64,000 nucleotides of DNA, taken from the NCBI GenBank assembly GCA_025210265.1, contig JAOASD010000032.1, forward strand, positions 72,280 to 136,279, read 5' to 3'. The translations under genes and the position numbers were made by a program. The notes beneath the pieces are model-generated. The model worked only from the letters and a program-made list of their open reading frames with translations. It did not search any database and was not told the origin of the DNA. Within the stretch, counting starts at the first letter, position 1. Every line of letters begins with the position of its first letter. Positions 17,419-26,657 of this stretch are shown here, piece after piece. Source of the DNA: Pelagimonas sp. (GTDB lineage Bacteria; Pseudomonadota; Alphaproteobacteria; Rhodobacterales; Rhodobacteraceae).

Positions 17419-17949
17419 ATGTCTGCGAAATTCATCACCGGTATCCTTTGCACTGGCGCTTTGGTTGCGGCGTTGGCAGCGCCGGCCCCGGCCCGCGCCG
17501 ATGATGCCGACACTGCCGCCGCTTTGGTTGGGACGGTGGCTGGTCTATTCATTCTCGGCAAGATCCTTGAGGGGGTCGACAATGACCATGGCTCGGTCCG
17601 GGTGCATCGGGATCACCGGGGGCCGAACTATCGCCACCACCATCACGGTCTGCAAAACGGCCCCGGCCATGCCCACGCCCATGCCACGCCCGGCCACAGC
17701 CATGGGCGCAATGCCAATGATAACCGCGTCTCGCAACGCAAATGGTTGCCCGGTCGCTGCGTGAAAAAGCTGAATGTCAAAGGCGGCGTGCGTGATGTGA
17801 TGCCGCGCTACTGCCTCAAGACCAGCAAGGTGCGGGTCGATACACTGCCCAGCAAATGCATTCATCACTGGAAGGGCAAGAACGGGCACAAGCGTGGTTA
17901 TGCGCTGCGCTGCCTGCAGCGCGATGGCTATCGCATCCGCTGGAACTGA
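17419..17949 (+). CDS. Exported histidine-rich protein with Cys-containing basic C-terminal domain
   Basis: AGGAGA SD. Signal peptide ...AAPAPARA. His tract HRDHRGPNYRHHHHGLQNGPGHAHAHATPGHSHG, and four Cys in the C-terminal 70 aa. 176 aa. Confidence 0.6.
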   Translation: MSAKFITGILCTGALVAALAAPAPARADDADTAAALVGTVAGLFILGKILEGVDNDHGSVRVHRDHRGPNYRHHHHGLQNGPGHAHAHATPGHSHGRNANDNRVSQRKWLPGRCVKKLNVKGGVRDVMPRYCLKTSKVRVDTLPSKCIHHWKGKNGHKRGYALRCLQRDGYRIRWN

Positions 17950-18057
17950 TTGGCAGAACAGTCAGGGGAGGGGGCGCGGCATGACCGCGCCTTTTCTTGT
18001 GTTCGACTGTGCGCGCGCCGTTGCACGTGCCTGCCACAGGCATTATCTGTGGCCCCC

Positions 18058-18537
18058 ATGGCAAAGAAAAAGCAAAAGTCGGACCCCAATTACAAAGTGA
18101 TCGCCGAAAACCGGCGGGCACGTTTTGACTATGCCATCGAGGATGACATCGAATGTGGCGTGATCCTGACCGGGTCCGAGGTCAAATCCCTGCGCGAGAA
18201 CTCTGCCAATGTCGCCGAAAGCTATGCCGCCGTCGAGGATGGCGAGCTGTGGCTGGTGAACTCTTATATCGCGCCGTATGAGCGCGCGATGTTCCCGCAT
18301 ATGGAGCGCCGCCGCCGCAAGCTGCTGGTCTCCAAACGCGAGCTGTCCCGGCTGTGGAACGAAACCCAGCGCAAGGGCATGACGCTGGTGCCCATGGTGC
18401 TGTATTTCAACCATAAGGGCATCGCCAAGCTGAAGATCGGCATCGCCAAGGGCAAAAAGACCGTGGACAAGCGCGCCACGGAGGCCAAGCGCGACTGGAA
18501 TCGCCAGAAACAGCGCCTGCTGAAACAGAACAGCTGA
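18058..18537 (+). CDS. smpB: SsrA-binding protein
   Basis: [29 protein letters not shown]...GSEVKSLR. 159 aa; start trimmed from the ORF-track start at 17950. Confidence 0.93.
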   Translation: MAKKKQKSDPNYKVIAENRRARFDYAIEDDIECGVILTGSEVKSLRENSANVAESYAAVEDGELWLVNSYIAPYERAMFPHMERRRRKLLVSKRELSRLWNETQRKGMTLVPMVLYFNHKGIAKLKIGIAKGKKTVDKRATEAKRDWNRQKQRLLKQNS

Positions 18538-18718
18538 CGCTCGGTTCCGTCCCAGCTTTGTCTTGGGTTTGCACAATGTGGGGTCTGATGTGGCCTGTTG
18601 ACCGTGCCGCCTGTCGCAATTGCAGCGCAACGGGGCGCAAAGCCCTGTGCCGCCCTTGTCTCAGCCTTTGCACGGGCGTAAGGACAGGATGTTTCCTGTT
18701 GCAAACCCGGAGTCTCCT

Positions 18719-19597
18719 ATGGCCCCTGACATCTCCAAATCGGATGATCCCCGCACGCTGGTCTCGACCGACTGGCTGGCCCGGCACCTGAAGGATCCCG
18801 ACCTGCGGATTCTGGATGCCAGCTGGTTCATGCCCGGCATGGCGCGGGATGCGCGCGCCGAATATGAGGCCACCCATATTCCCGGCGCCCGTTTCTTTGA
18901 TATCGAAGACATTTCCGACGCGCGGTCCGAACTGCCGCATATGGCGCCGACCGTCGAAAAATTCATGTCACGGATGCGGGCGATGGGCGTGGGCGATGGC
19001 CATCAGGTTGTGATCTATGACAGCGCAGGTATGTTTTCTGCGGCGCGCGTCTGGTGGACCTTTCGCCTTATGGGCAAAACCGATGTGGCCGTGCTGGACG
19101 GGGGCCTGCCGAAATGGCTGGCCGAGGGGCGTGAGGTCGAAGACATGCCGCCCGTCATTCGCGACCGCCACATGACAGTGCAGCGTCAGGCCCATCTAGT
19201 GCGCGATGTGACACAGGTGTCCGCTGCGGCCAAGCTGCGCGATACGGAAATCATCGACGCCCGCGCGCCGGGCCGCTTTACCGGCGACGAACCCGAACCG
19301 CGCGAAGGGATGCGCAGCGGCCATATTCCGGGGTCGAAAAACGTCTATTACCGCACGCTGCTGAATGATGACAGCACGATGAAATCCCCGGACGCGCTGC
19401 GCGCGCTGTTCGAGGCGGCAGGCGTGGATCTGTCCAAACCGGCCATCACCACCTGCGGGTCTGGTGTCACGGCGGCGGTGCTTAGCCTCGCGCTGGAGCG
19501 TTTGGGCAAGTCTGACCATTCCCTTTATGACGGGTCCTGGACCGAATGGGGTCAATTCCCGACCTTGCCCGTCGAAACCGGCCCCGGCGGGGCCTAA
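18719..19597 (+). CDS. sseA: 3-mercaptopyruvate sulfurtransferase (tandem rhodanese)
   Basis: LVSTDWLARHLKDPDLRILDASW and active-site loop CGSGVTAAV. The start is uncertain: ATG at 18719 is preferred, ATG at 18689 is the alternative. Confidence 0.82.
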   Translation: MAPDISKSDDPRTLVSTDWLARHLKDPDLRILDASWFMPGMARDARAEYEATHIPGARFFDIEDISDARSELPHMAPTVEKFMSRMRAMGVGDGHQVVIYDSAGMFSAARVWWTFRLMGKTDVAVLDGGLPKWLAEGREVEDMPPVIRDRHMTVQRQAHLVRDVTQVSAAAKLRDTEIIDARAPGRFTGDEPEPREGMRSGHIPGSKNVYYRTLLNDDSTMKSPDALRALFEAAGVDLSKPAITTCGSGVTAAVLSLALERLGKSDHSLYDGSWTEWGQFPTLPVETGPGGA

Positions 19598-19639
19598 CCA
19601 AGCTGGCCCGGCACGGGTCAAACCAAGAAAGCGAAAGCC

Positions 19640-20824
19640 ATGTTCGAAAGCCTCAAGGAACAACCGGCAGACAAAATTCTGGCGCTTATGGCCGCCTATC
19701 GCGAAGATCCGCGCGAGACAAAGATCGACCTCGGTGTCGGCGTCTACAAAGATGCCGAAGGCAAGACCCCGGTGATGCGCGCCATCAAGGCAGCGGAACA
19801 GAAGGTCTGGGAAACCCAGGACAGCAAAAGCTATGTCGGGCTGGCCGGTGATGCGGCGTTTTCCGATGCGATGATTTCTCTGGTGCTGGGCGATGCGGTG
19901 GCGCGTGACACCATTGCCGCTGCGGCGACGCCGGGTGGCACTGGCGCGTGTCGTCAGGCCTTTGAGCTGATCCGCATGGCGCGCCCCGGCGGCCGTGTTT
20001 TTGTCAGCGACCCGACCTGGCCGAACCACCTGTCGATCCTGAAATTCCTGAACATGGAAATCGTGCCCTATCGCTATTTTGATGGCGAAACCCGCGCGGT
20101 GAATTTCGATGGCATGATGGCCGATCTGGCCGATGTGACCTCGGATGATGTGGTGCTGCTGCATGGCTGCTGTCACAACCCGACTGGCGCGAACCTGAAC
20201 CTGACCCAGTGGCAGGCGGTTGTGGATCTGCTGAACGACAAGGGCGCGGTGCCGATGATCGACATCGCCTATCAGGGCTTTGGCGATGGTCTGGAAGAAG
20301 ACGCGCAGGGCGTGCGTCTGGTGGCCTCTTCGGTGCCGGAATGCCTGATCGCGGCGTCTTGTTCCAAGAATTTCGGCGTTTATCGTGAGCGTACCGGCCT
20401 GTTGATGGCGATCGCCACCGACTCGTCGCGCCGCAAGCTGAACCAGGACACGCTGAACTTCCTCAACCGTCAGAACTATTCCTTCCCGCCCGATCACGGT
20501 GCGCGGATCGTGACCGAAGTGCTGACCGACGCAACCCTGCGCGCCGACTGGCAGGCCGAGCTGGAAGAGGTGCGCCTGTCCATGCTGGGTCTGCGTGAAC
20601 AGCTGGCGGCAGAGCTGCAGCGCCTGTCGGGCTCTGACCGGTTTGGCTTCCTCGCGCAGCATCGCGGCATGTTCTCGCGTCTGGGCGCCAGCCCCGAGCA
20701 GGTCGAAACCCTGCGCCGCGATTTCGGCATCTACATGGTGGGCGATTCGCGCCTGAATATCGCCGGTCTGAACAAGACCTCGGTGCCGATCCTGGCCGAC
20801 GCGATTGTCAAAGCCGGGATCTGA
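19640..20824 (+). CDS. Aromatic-amino-acid / aspartate aminotransferase (class I, AspC/TyrB type)
   Basis: 394 aa. MFESLKEQPADKILALMAAYREDPR..KIDLGVGVYKD and the PLP-lysine region SCSKNFGVYRERTG. Confidence 0.9.
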   Translation: MFESLKEQPADKILALMAAYREDPRETKIDLGVGVYKDAEGKTPVMRAIKAAEQKVWETQDSKSYVGLAGDAAFSDAMISLVLGDAVARDTIAAAATPGGTGACRQAFELIRMARPGGRVFVSDPTWPNHLSILKFLNMEIVPYRYFDGETRAVNFDGMMADLADVTSDDVVLLHGCCHNPTGANLNLTQWQAVVDLLNDKGAVPMIDIAYQGFGDGLEEDAQGVRLVASSVPECLIAASCSKNFGVYRERTGLLMAIATDSSRRKLNQDTLNFLNRQNYSFPPDHGARIVTEVLTDATLRADWQAELEEVRLSMLGLREQLAAELQRLSGSDRFGFLAQHRGMFSRLGASPEQVETLRRDFGIYMVGDSRLNIAGLNKTSVPILADAIVKAGI

Positions 20825-20844
20825 TACCGCGCGATCATGGAAAA

Positions 20845-20875
20845 CGAAAACGGGGCCGTCTGGCCCCGTTTTTTA
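20845..20875. terminator. Bidirectional terminator between the aminotransferase and RTX genes
   Basis: Stem aacggggcc / ggccccgtt with loop gtct. A T-run follows on the plus strand and TTTCGTTTTC on the minus strand. Confidence 0.8.
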
Positions 20876-20894
20876 TCGCGCAAGGTGCTGGGGA

Positions 20895-22334
20895 TCAGAA
20901 AATGAAATCCGCAGCCGAGATCACCTGTCCCACGCCAATATCCGCCGCCGTGTAGCCCTCCAGCAGGATCGAGTTGCTGCCAAAGCTGATCACCGCCCAC
21001 CCCGCCGCCACATCTGCCGACAGATGGTTGGTTGTCAGGTCGTTGAAATCGGTGATTTCGCTCACAGAGGACAGGTCGATCTGTTCGCCATCATTGCTGT
21101 TGAAATCGCGGATCAGGTCATGGCCGCTGTCATCGTCAAAGACGAACTGATCCAGCCCGCTTTGCCCCTGCAATGTGTCATCGCCGTACTCGCCGTTCAG
21201 AGTGTCCGCGCCTTGGCCCCCCTTCATCAGGTCATTTTCAGAGCCGCCCATCAGCAGATCGGCCCCACGCCCCCCGCTAAGCGTATCGGCCCCGGCATCG
21301 CCCTGCAGCTCATCCGCGCCCCGGCCACCGCGCAGATCGTCATTGCCTGTGGAGCCGCGCAACAGGTCGCCCTGATCGCTGCCGGTCAGAATGTCATCAT
21401 AGGCCGAGCCAAGCAGTTGCTCGATCGAGACCAGCTGATCGCCCGCAGCATCCGCGCGCGATCCGGTCCCGGTGCGCAGATTGACTGTCACGCCGCCGCC
21501 GCTGTTTTCATAGCTGGCCATGTCGATCCCATCGCCGCCATTCAGCAGATCGCCCCCGGCATCGCCACGCAGCACATCAAACCCGGCCCCGCCGCGCATC
21601 TCGTCATTGCCGGATCCGCCAAACAGGGTGTCGTCACCAGACCCGCCGCGCAGCGTATCGCGCCCTTCATTGCCGGTCAGGTGATCATGCCCGCCGCGTC
21701 CGCTCAGCGCGTCGCGCCCACCGCCGCCGCCCAGAAAGTTGCCATTGTCGTTGCCCAGCAAAGTGTCATTTTTCTGCGATCCGGCGACAGAGCCCACATT
21801 GACATAGACATCACCCGTGGCGTGACCGCCGGTGATGGTGCCTGCCGCAAGGTCGATATGCACCGCGGTGGGCGAGGTCGTGTAGGCGACAACAGGCGTG
21901 CCCGCGCCGCCCAGAACAAAGGTATCTGCCCCGGCACCGCCCTCAAGAACCACATCGACATTGCCGAACGTGTCGCTGGGCGCCGCAGGAACAGCGGCGT
22001 TCCATTCAAACCGGTCCTGCCCGGCCCCGCCAAACGCCACGATGTTGCTGCCAGACACGGCGATGGTGTCATTGCCACTGCCGCCGTTCAGTACGTTGCT
22101 TTCACTGGAGCCAAAGATCCCACCGGGATCGGTCAGGAAATCATTGCCCGCATCCCCAGACAGCGTGTCCGACCCGGCCCCGCCCGAAAGCCTGTCAGCG
22201 CCCGTATCCCCGATCAGGACGTCATTGCCGTCCAGCCCGTTCAGTGTGTCGCGCCCGCCAAGGCCAAGCAACTGGTCTGCCAGAATGGTGCCATCAAGAC
22301 TGTCATTTCCGCCGGTGCCAAAGAGGATAGGCAT
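20895..22334 (-). CDS. Calcium-binding RTX (hemolysin-type nonapeptide repeat) protein, T1SS-substrate-like
   Basis: 479 aa from MPILFGTGGNDSLDGT (AAGGAA SD). Almost entirely GGxGxDxL/I/F repeats, with no signal peptide. Acidic C-terminal ~80 aa without repeats. Confidence 0.88.
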   Translation of the reverse strand: MPILFGTGGNDSLDGTILADQLLGLGGRDTLNGLDGNDVLIGDTGADRLSGGAGSDTLSGDAGNDFLTDPGGIFGSSESNVLNGGSGNDTIAVSGSNIVAFGGAGQDRFEWNAAVPAAPSDTFGNVDVVLEGGAGADTFVLGGAGTPVVAYTTSPTAVHIDLAAGTITGGHATGDVYVNVGSVAGSQKNDTLLGNDNGNFLGGGGGRDALSGRGGHDHLTGNEGRDTLRGGSGDDTLFGGSGNDEMRGGAGFDVLRGDAGGDLLNGGDGIDMASYENSGGGVTVNLRTGTGSRADAAGDQLVSIEQLLGSAYDDILTGSDQGDLLRGSTGNDDLRGGRGADELQGDAGADTLSGGRGADLLMGGSENDLMKGGQGADTLNGEYGDDTLQGQSGLDQFVFDDDSGHDLIRDFNSNDGEQIDLSSVSEITDFNDLTTNHLSADVAAGWAVISFGSNSILLEGYTAADIGVGQVISAADFIF

Positions 22335-22581
22335 ACTCAATTCCTTTGTCGTTGGTCGCTTATGCAAAATCTGGAGGATAGCGACCAAAATGGCGGTGCT
22401 TTGTCAATGCTTGTGCGGGGAGGCCCGGTATTCTGTAGTGGTAATAGCAGTGGTCCCTGACAGTATTGCCTGCCATCGACCCTGACCTCACGTTCGCACC
22501 CTGACAGCAATGCTTGCAACTGGCGCGTGGGCGGGGCACCTTGTCGGGGTTCCGGTCCGATGAACGCGGAGAAAGATCCCG

Positions 22582-23598
22582 ATGGCCTCACCCAATTCTG
22601 CCCCAGCGGCATCCCCGTCGGATGTCGTCGACACCGCCCTGTTGCCGCAGGTTTCCGAGCCGCGCAATCCGGGCATGGATCTGGATATGGACTGGGTGCT
22701 GAGCGCCCGCGCCAACCGATCCGCCATTGAACGCCGCGCGGCGACCCTGCCGGGGCGGCGCAGCGTGAAAAAGGACTATCAGGCCGCCTGGCTGGCCCGC
22801 GCCATTTCCTGCATCGACCTGACCACGCTGGCCGGGGATGACACCGAGGGCCGTGTGCTGCGCCTATGCGCCAAGGCACGCCAGCCGGTGCGCGCTGACC
22901 TGCTTGAGGCGATCGGCCTGCCGGGCCTGACCGTGGGCGCGGTCTGCGTTTATCATGACATGATCCCGGCTGCAGTGCGCGCGCTTGAAGGATCGGGCCT
23001 GCCCGTGGCGGCAGTGTCCACCGGGTTCCCCGCGGGGCTGTCGCCCTTTCATCTGCGCATCGCCGAGATCGAGGAAAGCGTCAAAGCCGGGGCCAAGGAA
23101 ATCGACATCGTGATTTCCCGCCGCCTTGTCCTGTCGGGCGACTGGCAGGGGCTGTATGACGAAATGCGCGCCTTTCGCGCCGCCTGCGGCGAGGCCCATG
23201 TCAAGGCGATCCTCGCCACCGGTGAACTGGGCACGCTGCAAAATGTCGCCCGCGCCTCGCTAGTCTGCATGATGGCCGGGGCGGATTTCATCAAGACCTC
23301 CACCGGCAAGGAAAGCGTGAACGCCACGCTGCCCGTGTCGCTGGTGATGATCCGCGCGATCCGCGACTATCATGACCGTACCGGGTTCCGGGTGGGTTAC
23401 AAACCGGCGGGCGGGATTTCCAAGGCCAAGGATTCGGTGAATTACCTCGCTCTGATCAAGGAAGAGCTGGGCGACCGCTGGCTGCGCCCCGACCTGTTCC
23501 GCTTTGGCGCGTCTTCGCTGTTGGGCGATATTGAGCGGCAGCTGGAACATCACGTGACCGGCGCCTATTCCGCCAGCTGGCGCCACGCAGCGGGCTAA
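22582..23598 (+). CDS. deoC: Deoxyribose-phosphate aldolase, long (DERA-like) form
   Basis: IDLTTLAGDDTEGRV..., AVCVY, EIDIVI, FIKTSTGKESVNAT (Schiff-base Lys region) and GYKPAGGI. The length and N-terminal extension resemble eukaryote-type DERA. Alternative start at 22675. Confidence 0.88.
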   Translation: MASPNSAPAASPSDVVDTALLPQVSEPRNPGMDLDMDWVLSARANRSAIERRAATLPGRRSVKKDYQAAWLARAISCIDLTTLAGDDTEGRVLRLCAKARQPVRADLLEAIGLPGLTVGAVCVYHDMIPAAVRALEGSGLPVAAVSTGFPAGLSPFHLRIAEIEESVKAGAKEIDIVISRRLVLSGDWQGLYDEMRAFRAACGEAHVKAILATGELGTLQNVARASLVCMMAGADFIKTSTGKESVNATLPVSLVMIRAIRDYHDRTGFRVGYKPAGGISKAKDSVNYLALIKEELGDRWLRPDLFRFGASSLLGDIERQLEHHVTGAYSASWRHAAG

Positions 23599-23643
23599 GG
23601 CGATGGCCCGCCTGCACTGCCCGTTTTACCCAAGCCTCCCCCC

Positions 23644-26001
23644 ATGCCGGAGACCCGACAAATGACCGTCAAGGATATCTTTGAAACCATGGATTACGGC
23701 CCCGCCCCGGAAAGCGCGGCGGATGCTCTGGCCTGGCTGGTCGATCAGGGCGGGCGCTTTGGCCATTTCATCGACGGGGCGTTCACAGCGCCGGGCGATG
23801 GGTTTGACAGCACCAACCCCGCCAGTGGCGAGGTTCTGGCCACGCTGACCCAGGCCACCCAGGCGGATGTGGATGCCGCCATGGCCGCCGCGCGCAAGGC
23901 CCAGCCGGATTGGGCAAGCATCGGTGGCAAAGCCCGCGCCCGGCATCTGTATGCGCTGGCCCGGCTGATGCAGAAACATGCGCGCCTGTTTGCCGTGCTG
24001 GAAACGCTGGATAACGGCAAGCCGATCCGCGAAAGCCGCGACATCGACATCCCGCTGGCGCAGCGCCATTTCTATTACCACGCGGGCATGGCCCAGCTGA
24101 TGGACAGCGAATTGCCGGGCCGCGAGGCGCTGGGCGTTTGTGGCCAGATCATCCCGTGGAATTTTCCGCTGCTGATGCTGGCATGGAAGGTCGCCCCGGC
24201 GCTGGCCATGGGCAATACGGTGGTGCTGAAACCGGCGGAATGGACCTCGCTGACCGCGCTGCTGTTTGCCGATATTTGCCGTCAGGCGGGGCTGCCGAAT
24301 GGGGTGGTTAATATCGTCACTGGCGATGGGGCCGTAGGCGAAATGATCGTCAACGCCGATGTCGACAAGATCGCCTTTACCGGCTCGACCGAAGTGGGGC
24401 GCAAGATCCGTCAGGCGACGGCGGGGCGAGGCATTCCTCTGACGCTCGAACTGGGGGGGAAATCGCCCTATATCGTGTTCGAGGATGCCGATATCGACAG
24501 CGCGGTCGAAGGTCTGGTCGATGCGATCTGGTTCAATCAGGGGCAGGTTTGCTGCGCCGGGTCGCGCCTGTTGGTGCAGGAAGGCATTGCCAAGACATTC
24601 CACAACCGCTTGCGCGCCCGCATGGACAAGCTGCGGGTCGGCAATCCGCTGGACAAATGCGTCGATGTGGGCGCGATCGTGTCCGAGGAACAGCTGGCGC
24701 GGGTTCAATCCCTGCTGGCCGCCAACCCCGAAGGCGACCGCCATGTGGCAGCCTGTGACCTGCCAGACGGATGCTTTCATGCCCCGGTGCTGATTTCCGG
24801 CCTTTCCCCCGCATCGCCCTTGATGCAGGAAGAAATCTTTGGCCCGGTTCTGGTGTCCACGACCTTCCGCACGCCGTCTGAGGCGGTGCAACTGGCGAAT
24901 AACACGCGCTATGGCCTCGCGGCGTCGGTCTGGTCTGAGAATGTGAACACCGCGCTGGATGTCGCGCCCAAGCTCACCGCCGGGGTGGTTTGGGTGAATG
25001 GCACAAATATGTTTGATGCAGCGGCGGGCTTTGGCGGCGTGCGCGAAAGCGGCTTTGGTCGCGAAGGCGGATGGGAGGGGCTGCAGGCCTATACCAAACC
25101 CGTTTCCAAGCCCAAACCGCTGGATCTCGTCACCGGATTTGAAGGCGACACAGTCGAACCGCAGCCCGTGGACCGCACCGCGAAACTGTATATTGGTGGC
25201 AAGCAGGCCCGCCCGGATGGCGGCTATGCGCGCAATATCTATGGCAAGACGGGCAAGCTGATCGGGCAGGCCCCGATTGCCAGCCGCAAGGACATCCGCA
25301 ACGCGGTCGAGGCCGCGCGCGGTGCCGCAGGCTGGACCAATGCCACTGCCCATCTGCGCGCGCAGGTTCTGTATTACATCGGCGAAAACCTGTCCGCCCG
25401 CAGCGAGGAATTTGCCAGCCAGATCAATCGCCTGACTGGTGGGCGTTCAGGCGCGGCGGAGGTCGAGGCCGCTGTCAGCCGCCTGTTCACCTATGCCGCC
25501 TGGGCCGACAAATTCGATGGTCAGGTCAAATCCGTGCCCATGCGCGGTGTGGCCATGGGGATGCGCGAAGCCTGCGGCGTGATTGGTGCGTTCTGCCCCG
25601 ATGAGCTGCCCTTGCTGGGGTTGGTCTCGGTCATGGCACCGGCGATTGCCATGGGCAACCGTGTGGTGCTGGTGGCGTCTGAACCCTTCCCGCTGGTGGC
25701 GACGGATTTCTATCAGGTGCTGGAAACCTCGGACGTGCCGGGGGGCGTGGTGAATATCCTGACCGGTTCGCACGCAGAACTGGCCCCGACCCTGGCGCAG
25801 CATATGGATGTCGAAGCGGTCTGGAGCTTCTCGTCCACAGATCTGGCGCAGGTGATTGAGTCCGGTGCGGCGGGCAATTTGAAACGCAGCTGGGTTAATA
25901 ACGGGCAGGCGCGTGACTGGATGGGCGATGCCGGAGAAGGGCGCGATTTCCTTGAGGCTGCGACCGAGGTCAAAACCGTCTGGGTGCCTTACGGGGCGTG
26001 A
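23644..26001 (+). CDS. Aldehyde dehydrogenase fused to a second, truncated ALDH-like module
   Basis: 785 aa. Module 1 carries ELGGKSP and [12 protein letters not shown] (catalytic Glu and Cys). Module 2 (about aa 505-785) resembles only the N-terminal/NAD-binding half of an ALDH, and I could not find a Cys loop in it. Confidence 0.85.
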   Translation: MPETRQMTVKDIFETMDYGPAPESAADALAWLVDQGGRFGHFIDGAFTAPGDGFDSTNPASGEVLATLTQATQADVDAAMAAARKAQPDWASIGGKARARHLYALARLMQKHARLFAVLETLDNGKPIRESRDIDIPLAQRHFYYHAGMAQLMDSELPGREALGVCGQIIPWNFPLLMLAWKVAPALAMGNTVVLKPAEWTSLTALLFADICRQAGLPNGVVNIVTGDGAVGEMIVNADVDKIAFTGSTEVGRKIRQATAGRGIPLTLELGGKSPYIVFEDADIDSAVEGLVDAIWFNQGQVCCAGSRLLVQEGIAKTFHNRLRARMDKLRVGNPLDKCVDVGAIVSEEQLARVQSLLAANPEGDRHVAACDLPDGCFHAPVLISGLSPASPLMQEEIFGPVLVSTTFRTPSEAVQLANNTRYGLAASVWSENVNTALDVAPKLTAGVVWVNGTNMFDAAAGFGGVRESGFGREGGWEGLQAYTKPVSKPKPLDLVTGFEGDTVEPQPVDRTAKLYIGGKQARPDGGYARNIYGKTGKLIGQAPIASRKDIRNAVEAARGAAGWTNATAHLRAQVLYYIGENLSARSEEFASQINRLTGGRSGAAEVEAAVSRLFTYAAWADKFDGQVKSVPMRGVAMGMREACGVIGAFCPDELPLLGLVSVMAPAIAMGNRVVLVASEPFPLVATDFYQVLETSDVPGGVVNILTGSHAELAPTLAQHMDVEAVWSFSSTDLAQVIESGAAGNLKRSWVNNGQARDWMGDAGEGRDFLEAATEVKTVWVPYGA

Positions 26002-26007
26002 TCGCGT

Positions 26008-26071
26008 GGTGGGTTGAAAACCCACCCTACGGCCTCTGATCCGGGGTAGGGTGGGTTTATAACCCACCGCC
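26008..26071. repeat. REP-like element, family A (two inverted units)
   Basis: ggtgggttgaaaacccaccctacgg (26008-26032) and ggtagggtgggtttataacccaccgcc (26045-26071). Each unit is itself a hairpin, and the pair forms a larger inverted repeat. Confidence 0.75.
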
Positions 26072-26308
26072 TTTGGGTGCATTGGGGCGCATCGGCCCCA
26101 AACCCGCGACATTCAGCCCGAAAATCCGCAAATATTGAGAATTCACATCCCCGGTGCTATCCTGTAACCACGCCCGGCGCCGGGGCAGTCTGCGGCGCGT
26201 ATCGCAAAGGAGGACATTGTCCTGTTACCTCATGCAGGTGCGGCAGATGCCGCGAACACCGGAACCCCCGCCACCGGGGCAACCGACGCCAAGGTCACCA
26301 GCGACAAA

Positions 26309-26632
26309 GTGCTGGCCACGGCCCTTGCAAGTCTCGATGAAAACAAGGCCGAAGAGGTCGTGCAGATTGATCTGCGCGGCAAGACTTCCGTGTGCGATCA
26401 CATGCTGATCTGCTCGGGTCGCTCGTCGCGTCAGGTCACGGCGCTGGCCGAAAAGCTGGCGGATGCGCTGAAAACCGATCTGGGTGTGCTGGCCAAATCC
26501 GAGGGCAAGGAAACCGGCGACTGGGTGCTGATCGACGCGGGCGACGTGGTTGTCCATGTGTTCCGCCCCGAAGTGCGCGAATTCTATGCGCTGGAAAAAA
26601 TGTGGCAGCCGCTGGCTGACCAGAAAAGCTAA
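26309..26632 (+). CDS. rsfS: Ribosome silencing factor RsfS (Iojap-like); true start probably upstream
   Basis: EEVVQIDLRGKTSVCDHMLICSGRSSRQVTALAEKL and DWVLIDAGDVVVHVFRPEVREFYALEKMW. GTG at 26309 is the first canonical start, but the frame is open from 26168 and a strong SD sits at 26207-26214. Confidence 0.85.
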   Translation: MLATALASLDENKAEEVVQIDLRGKTSVCDHMLICSGRSSRQVTALAEKLADALKTDLGVLAKSEGKETGDWVLIDAGDVVVHVFRPEVREFYALEKMWQPLADQKS

Positions 26633-26657
26633 GGCCTGCCCAAGGGCCTAAACCGAC

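Noticed and set aside
19196-20662. 488-aa minus-strand ORF
   Set aside because: It is antisense to the aminotransferase gene, which has a clear class-I aminotransferase sequence including the PLP-lysine region.
22358-22390. Hairpin ggtcgct...agcgacc in the 5' UTR of the RTX gene, considered as a riboswitch or anti-SD element
   Set aside because: It is a single short stem with an 18-nt loop, matches no known riboswitch core that I recognise, and the SD is not clearly sequestered.
20805-22460. 551-aa plus-strand ORF over the RTX gene
   Set aside because: It is antisense to the RTX gene. The minus-strand frame gives perfect GGxGxD nonapeptides and has an SD-led start.
23626-25353. 575-aa minus-strand ORF
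   Set aside because: It is antisense to the aldehyde dehydrogenase, which carries the canonical catalytic Glu and Cys motifs.
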